This document shows, piece after piece, positions 53,637 through 64,000 of a stretch of 64,000 bases of DNA. Numbering within the stretch: the stretch's first letter is position 1; each line of letters opens with the position of its first letter. The notes beneath the pieces are model-generated. The model ran no database searches. It was not told the DNA's origin and saw only the letters and a list, made by a program, of their open reading frames with translations. A program made the translations under genes and the position numbers. The stretch spans positions 2,112,001 to 2,176,000 of the forward strand of contig OZ244621.1 in assembly GCA_965218425.1 (NCBI GenBank). The letters are read 5' to 3'. This DNA is from an uncultured Candidatus Binatia bacterium. Its GTDB lineage: Bacteria; Desulfobacterota; Binatia; UBA9968; CAXXLF01.

Positions 53637-54294
53637 GGCAATGACGGCGTTGAGTTCGGTAATGTGGTTGTCTGGCAATTGGGTGGTCTCGAACCGGGAG
53701 AGCAGGGGACCCGGAGTTTGGTGGCGCAGGCGAATTTCTCGGACACCGGCGGAGCTTTCCTGACCAATAACAACGCCTATATTGAAAATTGGCTCAGTGT
53801 GCGCGATCCTACCGGTCCATCGCGGTGCGGCCGGTTGGGAGACAATGATAACGATCTGTTCCCCAATGGAGATGAGGTCCGCTGCGGCTCTAATCCAAAG
53901 GAGGCGGAGAGTACCTGTTACAGCCTCGAACTCCTGGAGGAGGATAAGGTTGTGGAGCGGGGCTCTGAGTTGACCTTTACGGTTCTGCTCAGGCGAAATC
54001 ATAATTTCGAATTTAGGAAAAGTTACCTTTAACACACCCAATAGCATGCCAGGAGTCCTTTGGACCTTTGCACGGCTCTGCGCGGTGCTGACTCCCGCCG
54101 ATGGAATGGTTTCGTTCCCCTTCACCATCCAGACCACGGCTACCACCCCGCTGGGCCGGCACACCATCATTATTCAGGCCCTCAGCGGTGACATGAAAGT
54201 GGAAGGGGCCCTCATTTTGGAGACCGTCCATCAAGGAAAAGCGACCTTCCCACTGACGGGCTTACGCCTGTTCCTCCTTCGTAGCAGTGGATGA
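53637..54294 (+). pseudogene. Frameshifted remnant of a surface/secreted Ig-like-domain protein
   Basis: DUF11-like VVWQLGGLEPGE; Ca-binding-like DNDNDLFPNGDE...GSNP; frame change near 54010 continuing GKVTF...TTPLGRHTIIIQALSG; no N-terminus. Confidence 0.5.
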
Positions 54295-55521
54295 CTCTCC
54301 CCCCAGGATCGCTGCCTTACGCAGGTGGGGACTCCAGAGAGTCACATATACGGTCATAGTAACTCCCAGCAGTGCCCCGAAGGCAACGGTGATGGGCGCA
54401 CCGATCAAGGTTGCGAGGGCGCCCATGGGAAACGCCCCCATTGGGCCTAGCCCACGGTTTAGGAGGCCATACAGGGACATGATCCTTCCCCGAGTGGCGT
54501 CCCGTGAATAGAGTTGAAGGGAAGTCGTGATCAGAGTGAGAAATGAGGTTTGAAAGGCGCCTGTCAGGAAAAGAAGACAAAGGGAGAGGGGAAAGGAGCG
54601 CGAGGCGGTGAAAAGGATGAGGGAGGAACCAAATCCGCATGCTAGAATAGCCATTAAAAGGTGAGTTCTCGGGAAGCGTCTGATGGAGGCAAAAACCAAT
54701 CCGCCGACTACTGCCCCTGCTCCAGGGGCCATGAGGAGAAAACCTAATCCGGGGGCGCCCACGAAGAGGATGTCGCGGGCAAAGACCGGCATAAATTGAT
54801 TGTAGGGTTTGGTGAAAAAGCTGATGACTGCAAGGGCTAAAAACAAGGAGAAAAAGATGGGTGTGTTCCATGCCACTGATAGACCCTCGGTGACATCTTT
54901 GCCAAGGGACTTTCTTTGTGCCACGGCGGGCCTCTGTGGGATATGAATGAGAAAGATGGTCACAAGGATGATAGCACTCCCTGCGGAATGGAAGAAAAAA
55001 CATCCGGCTGTCCCGATGACGGTAATCAGCATGCCGGCAATGGCCGGCCCGATGAGAGGGGAGCCGTTGAATATAAGATTATAAAGGCTAACCGCGTTGA
55101 TGAGGTCTTGCTGGGGAACGAGATGATGCAATACCGATTGCCGCACGGGTTGCTCGAAGGACAAAAGGAAACCCGTCAGTGCCGAAACAATGAGAACATG
55201 CCATACATGGATGAGCCCCGTGTAATTCATCACCCCCAGGAACAGAGCCATAATCAGGAAACAGCTTTGGGTTATAATAAAAAGCGCCCGGCGATTGACC
55301 CGATCCACCACCGCTCCCCCAACGGGGGAAAAAATCGTGCGTGGAAGTCCCAGGCAAAATCCATAGAGTCCGAGATAAAAGGGCGAGTCTGTAAGCTCGA
55401 GGACGAGCCACCCCGCTGCAGTGGTCTGAATGAGGGATCCGTTGTGGCCAAGGCACAGACCCAACCAGAAAATAAAGTAGTCGCGATGGCGGAAAGCGCG
55501 AAAGGTATTGGTTAGGAACAT
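54262..55521 (-). CDS. MFS transporter (EntS/DHA3-like)
   Basis: About 12 transmembrane helices; GAVVDRVNRR motif A; RGRIMSLY. Confidence 0.9.
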   Translation of the reverse strand: MFLTNTFRAFRHRDYFIFWLGLCLGHNGSLIQTTAAGWLVLELTDSPFYLGLYGFCLGLPRTIFSPVGGAVVDRVNRRALFIITQSCFLIMALFLGVMNYTGLIHVWHVLIVSALTGFLLSFEQPVRQSVLHHLVPQQDLINAVSLYNLIFNGSPLIGPAIAGMLITVIGTAGCFFFHSAGSAIILVTIFLIHIPQRPAVAQRKSLGKDVTEGLSVAWNTPIFFSLFLALAVISFFTKPYNQFMPVFARDILFVGAPGLGFLLMAPGAGAVVGGLVFASIRRFPRTHLLMAILACGFGSSLILFTASRSFPLSLCLLFLTGAFQTSFLTLITTSLQLYSRDATRGRIMSLYGLLNRGLGPMGAFPMGALATLIGAPITVAFGALLGVTMTVYVTLWSPHLRKAAILGGESSTATKEEQA

Positions 55522-55658
55522 ATTAATAGGTTCATTTGTGCTTCAACAAGTGACCCAGTCAGCAACCCCCCGGGCGAGCCTTTCCGATCATCAGGTCAGC
55601 CTTTAGCTGAAGATTGTTCCTCATAACATGAATTATTAGTGAAGACGGGGTAGGGGCG

Positions 55659-56978
55659 TTATTTCCCCTTCTTTTTCTCTTCCCAGCCTCTCATCCGCTC
55701 CTTGATGGCCTTCTCGTAGCCGGAATCGGAGGGGTCGTAGTACTTCCTCTTCTCGAGTTCTTCAGGCAAGTGTTCTTGTTTCACTATATTCCCAGGAAAG
55801 TTGTGTGCGTATCGGTATCCCTTTCCGTATCCCAGCTTTTCCATGAGCGGGGTGGGTGCGTTGCGTAGGTGCATTGGTACGGGCAGGGCGCCTTTTTCCT
55901 CTACATCTTTTCCCGCCTCAAGCATGGCTTTGTAAGAGGCATTGGATTTTGGTGCTGTGGCGAGATAGGTCGCCGCTTGGGAAAGGGGGATTTTTCCTTC
56001 GGGGAGACCTACGAAATGAACGGCATCTTTTGCCGCCACTGCAACCTGGAGGGCGCGGGGATCCGCATTGCCAATATCCTCTGAGGCGAAAATAATCATC
56101 CGGCGCGCAATAAAAAGCGGGTCCTCTCCCGCTTCCAGCATACGCATCATCCAGTACAGGGCAGCGTCCGGATCGCTCCCCCTCAGGCTCTTGATGAAGG
56201 CAGAGATGACGTTGTGGTGCTCCTCACCCGATTTGTCGTAACGAAGAGCCCTCTTTTGCATTGCCTCCTGAAGGGACGAAATCAAGACTCCCCCGTCTGG
56301 TTGTTTAGTAAGAGCGGTGGCTGTCTCCAGGGTGTTCAGGGCCGTGCGCGCGTCTCCCTGGGACTCTTGAACGAGAAACTCCATGGCTTCTTGGGTTATC
56401 TTCAGCTTTAAGTGCCCCAATCCTCTCTTCTCGTCACCTAAGGCGCGTTCGATGATCTCCCGCAGCTCTTCGGGGGATAGGGGATAGAGAACCAGTACCT
56501 GGCAGCGTGAGAGGAGTGGCGGGATGACCTCGAAGGAAGGGTTCTCGGTGGTGGCACCAATGAGGATGATCGTCCCGTTCTCCACATGGGGCAAGAAGGT
56601 GTCTTGTTGGGCCTTGTTGAAGTGGTGGATCTCATCCACGAAGAGGACCATGGGTTTGCCCAGGCGATGGAGGCGTTCGGCTTCTTCAATGATCTTCTTC
56701 AGCTCCTTAACACCGGAGGCGACAGCAGAAAAATGGAAACAGAAGGCGTCACAGGAGGCGGCCAGTAGCTGTGCTAGAGTCGTCTTGCCGCTCCCTGGTG
56801 GTCCCCACAGGATGAGAGAGTGAAGGCGGCCCGCTTGAACTACCCCCCTGAGTAATTTTCCCGGGCCCAACAGGTGCCGCTGGCCTACAAACTCGTCGAT
56901 GGTAACGGGTCGCATTCTTTTAGCCAGCGGAGCCTTGGAATCCACGGTTGGTTTGGTGGAAGTCTCGAATAACTCCAT
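55659..56978 (-). CDS. rarA: Replication-associated recombination protein A
   Basis: PLAKRMRP, GPPGSGKTT, ISAFIKSLRGSDPDAA and ASEDIG motifs. Confidence 0.95.
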   Translation of the reverse strand: MELFETSTKPTVDSKAPLAKRMRPVTIDEFVGQRHLLGPGKLLRGVVQAGRLHSLILWGPPGSGKTTLAQLLAASCDAFCFHFSAVASGVKELKKIIEEAERLHRLGKPMVLFVDEIHHFNKAQQDTFLPHVENGTIILIGATTENPSFEVIPPLLSRCQVLVLYPLSPEELREIIERALGDEKRGLGHLKLKITQEAMEFLVQESQGDARTALNTLETATALTKQPDGGVLISSLQEAMQKRALRYDKSGEEHHNVISAFIKSLRGSDPDAALYWMMRMLEAGEDPLFIARRMIIFASEDIGNADPRALQVAVAAKDAVHFVGLPEGKIPLSQAATYLATAPKSNASYKAMLEAGKDVEEKGALPVPMHLRNAPTPLMEKLGYGKGYRYAHNFPGNIVKQEHLPEELEKRKYYDPSDSGYEKAIKERMRGWEEKKKGK

Positions 56979-57298
56979 AAGGCGAAATCTATCACAATAT
57001 GGCGGTCACAGTGTAGTGGCGGCCCACAGGGCTCGGGAACCTGCCCCCTAGGAATCGCTGAGCGCTAAAGTGTTAAGTGTTCACAGAGGATTGCCGAGTG
57101 CGTAGCGTCCATCTTTAATCTATCCGCTATCAGCCAGCTAAATTCACTCAGTACTCATTGCTTATGCCAGTGCGGGCCCCTTTCGCTCGAAGCCGGTGAG
57201 GCGACGCAGGGGAGCGAAATAAAGCCGCCCAGGTCCTAACTCGATGGAGTCCCGCCGAGGTGAGTCTCTTAAATATGGGGATGAGATTTTGGAAGGCT

Positions 57299-57649
57299 CT
57301 AAGAACGCTGTCTTTCGTCTTCGTAGAGTCGCGCGCGTTTTCCCGACAGGTCTCTCAGATAATAGAGTTTGGCCCTGCGTACTTTGCCGCTTGACATCAC
57401 TTGGATCTTATCGATACGCGGGGAGTACAGCGGAAAAATCCGTTCCACGCCCACTCCATAAGAGATCTTTCGCACGGTAAAGGTGCTTCGGCTTCCTTTG
57501 CCCGATATGCCGATGACCACTCCTTCGAAGACCTGGGTTCTCTCCTTTTCACCCTCCACCACCTTCACGTGGACTCGGACCGTTTGACCGGCTTTTAGGG
57601 AAGGGACCTCTTTTTTCTGTTCGGCTTCGATTTGTTCGATTAGGTTCAT
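57299..57649 (-). CDS. rplS: 50S ribosomal protein L19
   Basis: [13 protein letters not shown] and [10 protein letters not shown] motifs. Confidence 0.97.
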   Translation of the reverse strand: MNLIEQIEAEQKKEVPSLKAGQTVRVHVKVVEGEKERTQVFEGVVIGISGKGSRSTFTVRKISYGVGVERIFPLYSPRIDKIQVMSSGKVRRAKLYYLRDLSGKRARLYEDERQRS

Positions 57650-57665
57650 AAACGCCTTCCTTGTC

Positions 57666-58946
57666 TCACACGGTCCCTAAAAGCTCATGGAGCATGATGG
57701 CCGTCGCCGACCGGACCGAAAGATGATTGTAATCAGCATTTCCTTCCACTGCCTGTAAGATATAGTCAGATTGGCTCAGGACCGCCTCGGAAAGGCCCCA
57801 GCCTGTACCCAAAAGGAGCAGAAAAGGGTTACGGCTTCTTTCTAGCATATCCCTCATGTCAGAGAAAGAGGTCCTCTTCACCCCATCCACCGCCCGGGCG
57901 GAGGTGGCCACGAGGGCGGGCCGGGTTCCGCATTCCCGTTCCACGTCTATGATGGCATGGTCCAGCGTATCCGACAGACGAACCAGCGCCAGGGCATCTT
58001 TCCTGGTTTCGTTGTAGGTGCTTCCGTAGCCGACTTCCCAGTGGTCGATGATCTTGGCGGCTAGCTTTTGCAGCGCTTTTACGGGGTTGACAATATAGAG
58101 CCCTTTAGCTCCGTAGGTGCGCGCTGAGCGGGCAATGTCATGTATATCCATATTGGTAATTGCAGTGGTGACCACCTGCTTGTTCTTGTCGTAGACCGGA
58201 TGATGCAGCAGGGCTAGATAGAGGGGGGCCAAAGGCTGCACCAACAGTCTATCCTCAGCGGTCAGTTTCGCCTTCCTAAATAAATCAGGCCTCCGCTCTC
58301 GTGTGAGCTTGAGACTCATCTCCCTACGCCAGCTCTTGATCCGGCTGTGATCACCTGAGATGAGAACTTCAGGGACCCTTCGGTCTCTGAATTCCTCGGG
58401 GCGTGTGTACTGTGGGTGTTCCAGGAGACCGTCTGTGAACGATTCTTCTTCGGTGGATTTTTCGTTTCCCAGAACTCCCGGAATCAATCGGGCCACGGCA
58501 TCGATCACCACCATGGCGGGTAGCTCTCCGCCGCTCAGGGTGTAGTCGCCGATGGAAAGCTCATCGTCGACAAAACCTCTGACTCGCTCATCCACCCCTT
58601 CATAGCGTCCACAGACGAGCACAAACTCTTTCTCTTGGGCGAGGCGCGAGGCCTCCGCTTGGTTGAAGACCCTTCCCCGGGGGGTTAATAGAATGACGCG
58701 TGGGCGCTTTAACTTCTTTCTTGCATCCTCGATGGCTGCGACCAGAGGTTCCGGTTTCATGACCATTCCCTGGCCGCCGCCATAGGGATAGTCGTCCGTG
58801 ATCCGGTGTCGGTCCTTGCAGTAGTCCCTGGGATCCACCAGCTTAACCGACAGGAGCCCCTTATCCTGGGCCTTTTTTAAGATGCTATGGCCCAGCGGAG
58901 AGGGAAACATCTGCGGGAACAGGGTGATAACTTTAAACTCAAGCAC
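57666..58946 (-). CDS. trmD: tRNA (m1G37) methyltransferase TrmD fused to a C-terminal SPOUT methyltransferase (PF09936-like)
   Basis: [22 protein letters not shown] and SIGDY motifs, then LALLHHPV...[10 protein letters not shown] and YNHLSVRSA. Confidence 0.92.
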   Translation of the reverse strand: MLEFKVITLFPQMFPSPLGHSILKKAQDKGLLSVKLVDPRDYCKDRHRITDDYPYGGGQGMVMKPEPLVAAIEDARKKLKRPRVILLTPRGRVFNQAEASRLAQEKEFVLVCGRYEGVDERVRGFVDDELSIGDYTLSGGELPAMVVIDAVARLIPGVLGNEKSTEEESFTDGLLEHPQYTRPEEFRDRRVPEVLISGDHSRIKSWRREMSLKLTRERRPDLFRKAKLTAEDRLLVQPLAPLYLALLHHPVYDKNKQVVTTAITNMDIHDIARSARTYGAKGLYIVNPVKALQKLAAKIIDHWEVGYGSTYNETRKDALALVRLSDTLDHAIIDVERECGTRPALVATSARAVDGVKRTSFSDMRDMLERSRNPFLLLLGTGWGLSEAVLSQSDYILQAVEGNADYNHLSVRSATAIMLHELLGTV

Positions 58947-58972
58947 GGTCTAATTTGATCCCAAATCGGAGG

Positions 58973-59485
58973 TCAAACCTCCAGGAGTCCCTCGGGAGGG
59001 TTGATCAGCATCCTTCCTGCGGCGAGGTCGATCCTTTCAATCACCTCTTTGACCGCTGGAATAAGATACTCTTTCGCGGCATCGGTGACCACATAGAGGT
59101 CACCCCCCTCTTTAATCCAAATCCTCGTCACCTTCCCTACGCGTTCACCCCGGGTGGTGAAAACCTCGAGACCCACAGCCTGATAGTAATAGAATTCCCC
59201 AGGTTCGGGCGGCTCGAGGTCCTGTTCGGCTACCAGCAAAGTAGAACCAACCCAGATCTTGGCAAAATTGATGTCGTTAGCCCCTTGGAGCTTGACCAGG
59301 AGATGACCCTTGTGGACTTTACTCGATTCGAGAATTTGAGGGGAGCGATCTCCCTCTTTTTCAAGAACGATCTGTCGACCCCACCCCAGAGCTGGACTCT
59401 GGAGATTATTGGTTTTTAGCTTCAGCCACCCTGCGATCCCATGCGTGGCGACAAGCTTACCTAGGGGGATAAATTGGTCGGACAC
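58973..59485 (-). CDS. rimM: Ribosome maturation factor RimM
   Basis: THGIAG, EFYYYQAVG and YLIPAV motifs; operon position. Confidence 0.93.
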   Translation of the reverse strand: MSDQFIPLGKLVATHGIAGWLKLKTNNLQSPALGWGRQIVLEKEGDRSPQILESSKVHKGHLLVKLQGANDINFAKIWVGSTLLVAEQDLEPPEPGEFYYYQAVGLEVFTTRGERVGKVTRIWIKEGGDLYVVTDAAKEYLIPAVKEVIERIDLAAGRMLINPPEGLLEV

Positions 59486-59564
59486 TTTGAGGCGGCACTG
59501 GCTTATCCGTCTTCGCTGAAGACTCCAGGCATATGCCCTTGAATGATTGCGAACGACGAATCCC

Positions 59565-59644
59565 CCGAAGCTGGAAGAGAGGTGCCCCGGCGGATTTCGT
59601 CGAAAACATGAAGGTTGCCACGGTTGTGAACCGGGGGGGCTTCA
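59565..59644 (+). repeat. REP-like element, copy 2 (homologous to 40364-40436)
   Basis: CCGAAGC..GCGGA-N13-ATGAAGG-N3-CCACGG...GCTTCA. Confidence 0.5.
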
Positions 59645-59878
59645 TTTCTCTTCCACGATTTCGAGGACTACCTTGCGATTTACCCTCGTGGCAGCCGCAT
59701 TGAGTATGGTTCGTATGGACTTTGCGGTTCTTCCTTGTTTACCGATGATTCGGCCAAGGTCCTCTTTGGCCACCCTAAGCTCTAGCACCGAGGCGGCTTC
59801 TCCTTGAGTCTCCTTAACTTCCACGGCGTCAGGATTGTCAACCAAGGATTTTGCTAGATAGTCAACCAGGTCCTTCAT
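59642..59878 (-). CDS. khpA: KH domain RNA-binding protein KhpA
   Basis: DLGRIIGKQGRTA motif; lies between rpsP and rimM. Confidence 0.92.
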   Translation of the reverse strand: MKDLVDYLAKSLVDNPDAVEVKETQGEAASVLELRVAKEDLGRIIGKQGRTAKSIRTILNAAATRVNRKVVLEIVEEK

Positions 59879-59924
59879 GAGCGAGATGACCTCCTGTTTA
59901 TCAAATTAATCAGGGACGCAAGTG

Positions 59925-60191
59925 TCAATTGCCTTCCACCGGGCGGCTTCCTGTGCTTGCGGCCTTTTTAATTAGTTCTGAGACGGTTTGGCTGGGTTGG
60001 GCTCCCCGTTGAAGCCATTTTTCGATGCTTTCGTCGTTCAATTTGATTCCACCGGAAGTTACCATGGGATCATAGGTTCCCACCTGGTCGATAAATCTTC
60101 CATCTCGAGGTGACCGGGAATCAGTGACAACGATACGATAAAACGGCTTCTTTTTGGCACCATGCCTGGTAAGGCGAATTCGTACACTCAT
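59925..60191 (-). CDS. rpsP: 30S ribosomal protein S16
   Basis: IRLTRHG...PFYRIVV.DSR.PRDG motif. Confidence 0.97.
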   Translation of the reverse strand: MSVRIRLTRHGAKKKPFYRIVVTDSRSPRDGRFIDQVGTYDPMVTSGGIKLNDESIEKWLQRGAQPSQTVSELIKKAASTGSRPVEGN

Positions 60192-60207
60192 GTTTTTCGT
60201 TTTTCTC

Positions 60208-61548
60208 CTATCGAAATGGTATTGGCATGCGGCTATATGCCCCTCTCGCTCCCATCTTAGTCATCTTCTGCATCATTTTTCTCATTTCCAGAAACTGTTT
60301 TATCAGGCGATTTACATCAGTTACCGTGCTGCCGCTGCCGCTGGCGATTCTCTTTCTTCGGCTCCCGTTTAGTAGATTGGGGTTGCGTCGCTCCACCACC
60401 GTCATGGAATTGATAATGGCTTCTGTCCTTTTAAACTCATGATCCGCCTGACTCATGTCTACCTTTTGGCTCAGCTTTCTTCCCCCCGGAATAAGATCCA
60501 ACAGTTCGCCGACGGAGCCCATTTTTTTCATGGTCTGGAGTTGTGCGAGGAAGTCCTCTAAAGAAAAAGCATTTTTCTTTTTCAGTTTTTCCAGTCTCTG
60601 GGTGGTTTTCTCTTCATGGGCCTGTTCTGCCTTTTCGATGAGGGTAAGAACATCTCCCATCCCCAGGATTCTCGAAGCCAACCGGTCCGGGACGAAGGGT
60701 TCCAGGGCGTTGAGTTTTTCTCCAACTCCAATGAATTGGATGGGTTTGCCGACGATTTCACGCATGGAAAGGGCTGCTCCTCCCCGCGCGTCTCCATCCA
60801 TCTTCGTGAGAATAATTCCTGTGAGGTCAACAGATTCGCTGAATTGCTGGGCTTGGTTGACGGCATCCTGTCCAGTCATGGCGTCCGCCACCAGTAGAAT
60901 ATGGTGAGGAGTCAGGGATCCCTGAATTTCCTTGAGCTCGTTCATGAGCTCCGTATCAATGTGAAGCCTTCCAGCCGTGTCGATGAGCACCAGGTCACAG
61001 ATCTGTTTTTTGGCTTCCTCCAAGGCTTCCTGGCAAATGACTACCGGCGAGGTATCAGGATGGGAGTCGTAAACCGGTACGTTCAGTTCCCCGGCCAAAA
61101 CCTTTAGCTGTTCGATGGCCGCAGGCCGATGAATGTCCGCAGGGACGAGGTAAGGGGTGCGCTTTTTCTCCTTTTTGAGGTAACCCGCTAACTTGGCGAT
61201 GGTTGTGGTCTTACCGGAGCCTTGTAGGCCCACGAGCAGGATGATTACGGGTGGCGAGACTCTTAGATTTAGATCTTCGGTCTCACCCCCTAGAAGTGAG
61301 ACGATCTCTTCCCTGACGATCTTGAGGAACTGTTGTTCCGGGGTGAGGCTGAGCAAAACCTCTTGGCCAAGGGCCTTACCTTTAACTGAATCGATGAATT
61401 TCTTTACGACCTTGAAGTTTACGTCAGCTTCCAACAGGGCTAGGCGGACCTCACGGAGGCTATCTTCGACGTTTTTTTCAGTGATCTTTCCCTGACCTCT
61501 AAGCTTCTTAAAAGTCAACTCCAGTTTGTCGGTTAAGCTCTCGAACAT
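60208..61548 (-). CDS. ffh: Signal recognition particle protein Ffh
   Basis: [14 protein letters not shown] and [10 protein letters not shown] motifs; M domain. Confidence 0.98.
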   Translation of the reverse strand: MFESLTDKLELTFKKLRGQGKITEKNVEDSLREVRLALLEADVNFKVVKKFIDSVKGKALGQEVLLSLTPEQQFLKIVREEIVSLLGGETEDLNLRVSPPVIILLVGLQGSGKTTTIAKLAGYLKKEKKRTPYLVPADIHRPAAIEQLKVLAGELNVPVYDSHPDTSPVVICQEALEEAKKQICDLVLIDTAGRLHIDTELMNELKEIQGSLTPHHILLVADAMTGQDAVNQAQQFSESVDLTGIILTKMDGDARGGAALSMREIVGKPIQFIGVGEKLNALEPFVPDRLASRILGMGDVLTLIEKAEQAHEEKTTQRLEKLKKKNAFSLEDFLAQLQTMKKMGSVGELLDLIPGGRKLSQKVDMSQADHEFKRTEAIINSMTVVERRNPNLLNGSRRKRIASGSGSTVTDVNRLIKQFLEMRKMMQKMTKMGARGAYSRMPIPFR

Positions 61549-61598
61549 GTTGGAATGATAGGTAACTTGTTATCTTTTCAGGGAAAAATACTAAGGTG

Positions 61599-61627
61599 AG
61601 GCTAGTACGAAATCTGGATTTTGTCAA
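61599..61627 (-). promoter_or_regulatory. Putative sigma70 promoter for the ffh operon
   Basis: Minus strand TTGACA-17 nt-TAGCCT. Confidence 0.5.
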
Positions 61628-61641
61628 GGAGAGCGTAGGAA

Positions 61642-61687
61642 TCCGGCCCACCGAAGCCCAAACCATGGGGCTGGTCGGCAGGCCGGA
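61642..61687 (-). terminator. Hairpin downstream of groEL
   Basis: TCCGGCC..CCGA..AGCCC / GGGCT..TCGG..GGCCGGA stem. Confidence 0.45.
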
Positions 61688-61703
61688 ATGTTGGGATAGG
61701 TGA

Positions 61704-63365
<1,662 letters not shown>

Positions 63366-63384
63366 TTAAAATTCTTGAATTAAT

Positions 63385-63675
63385 CTATTTTTGGACAACC
63401 CCAAGGATGTCTTCTTCACGCATTATAAGATGCTCTTCGTCGTCGATATTGATCTCCGTACCGGCGTATTTCCCAAATAGCACCCGGTCGTTGACTTTAA
63501 CGTCCATAGGAGTGACCTTGCCACTCTCGTCCACCTTACCCTTACCGACTGCAACCACACGTCCTTCTTGCGGTTTTTCCTTGGCAGTATCCGGGATGAT
63601 AATTCCTCCCTTTGATTTCTCTTCCTCTTCGATCCTTTTGACTATCACCCGATCCTGCAACGGCTTGATCTTCAT
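63385..63675 (-). CDS. groS: Co-chaperonin GroES
   Basis: KPLQDRV and [13 protein letters not shown] motifs. Confidence 0.99.
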   Translation of the reverse strand: MKIKPLQDRVIVKRIEEEEKSKGGIIIPDTAKEKPQEGRVVAVGKGKVDESGKVTPMDVKVNDRVLFGKYAGTEINIDDEEHLIMREEDILGVVQK

Positions 63676-63799
63676 ATTCCTCCTCCTTTATTGTCCTCTC
63701 GCCGGCAAAATGACTTGCCAGCACAGCGTAAATTATTTATTTTGCATAGAAAAAATATTTCCTGTGCAGATGTTACTAACCCGTGGACCAGTCGGCCTA

Positions 63800-63827
63800 A
63801 ATTTAATCAGAAACCTTCCCCTGTCAA
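63800..63827 (-). promoter_or_regulatory. Putative promoter for groESL
   Basis: Minus strand TTGACA-16 nt-TAAATT. Confidence 0.4.
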
Positions 63828-63888
63828 GGGGGTGGATGGGAGTAATTAGTCGTATAACAGTCGCGGTAGGAAAGCAAGGGCCGGTGGT

Positions 63889-63999
63889 TTAGCCCTTCTG
63901 CTTCTTCAGTTCTTGCTCAAAATACTTGCAGTAGAGAATTTCCCATTCTCTACTTCCGGGAGGTACTGGGCGGGATAATGATTGGATTTTGTTACGTAC
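63889..63999 (-). CDS. C-terminus of a DUF507-like protein (partial; runs off the window)
   Basis: Manual translation VRNKIQSLSRPVPPGSREWEILYCKYFEQELKKQKG*; family assigned from recall of the GS.EW..LY.KY motif. Confidence 0.55.
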   Translation of the reverse strand, partial: VRNKIQSLSRPVPPGSREWEILYCKYFEQELKKQKG

Positions 64000-64000
64000 C

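Noticed and set aside
63676..63830. CIRCE operator upstream of groES
   Set aside because: No TTAGCACTC-N9-GAGTGCTAA match is visible

Overview
A core-genome window from a deltaproteobacterium-like organism. The assignment is inferred from gene order (rplM-rpsI-argC, argS-SPOR, TrmD fused to a second SPOUT domain); a Binatia-like lineage is possible but cannot be confirmed here. The window holds lon/hup, seven tRNAs, tuf-rpmG-secE-nusG-rplKAJL-rpoBC, the str-S10-spc-alpha ribosomal superoperon, argS, trpDCFBA, folC, lptD/lptF/lptG, an MFS transporter, rarA, the ffh-rpsP-khpA-rimM-trmD-rplS operon and groESL. The superoperon has no tuf after fusA, no rpmD and no room for an L10 leader. I found no transposase, integrase, rRNA or CRISPR array. 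The most unusual signal is non-coding. (1) A family of about 190-220 bp palindromic MITE-like elements shares a roughly 20 bp terminal motif (CTCGCGC[C/A]AAGACGC[C/G]AAG) but carries different 7-nt-periodic cores; two close copies sit in inverted orientation around folC-lptD. (2) Many decayed 7-nt or 9-nt periodic, often inverted, arrays lie in spacers of the ribosomal and trp operons. (3) A second two-copy REP-like family is present. Gene decay is also visible: a KptA/Tpt1 pseudogene, and a truncated GspE/PilB-type N-terminus joined through a perfect hairpin to a frameshifted surface-protein remnant.
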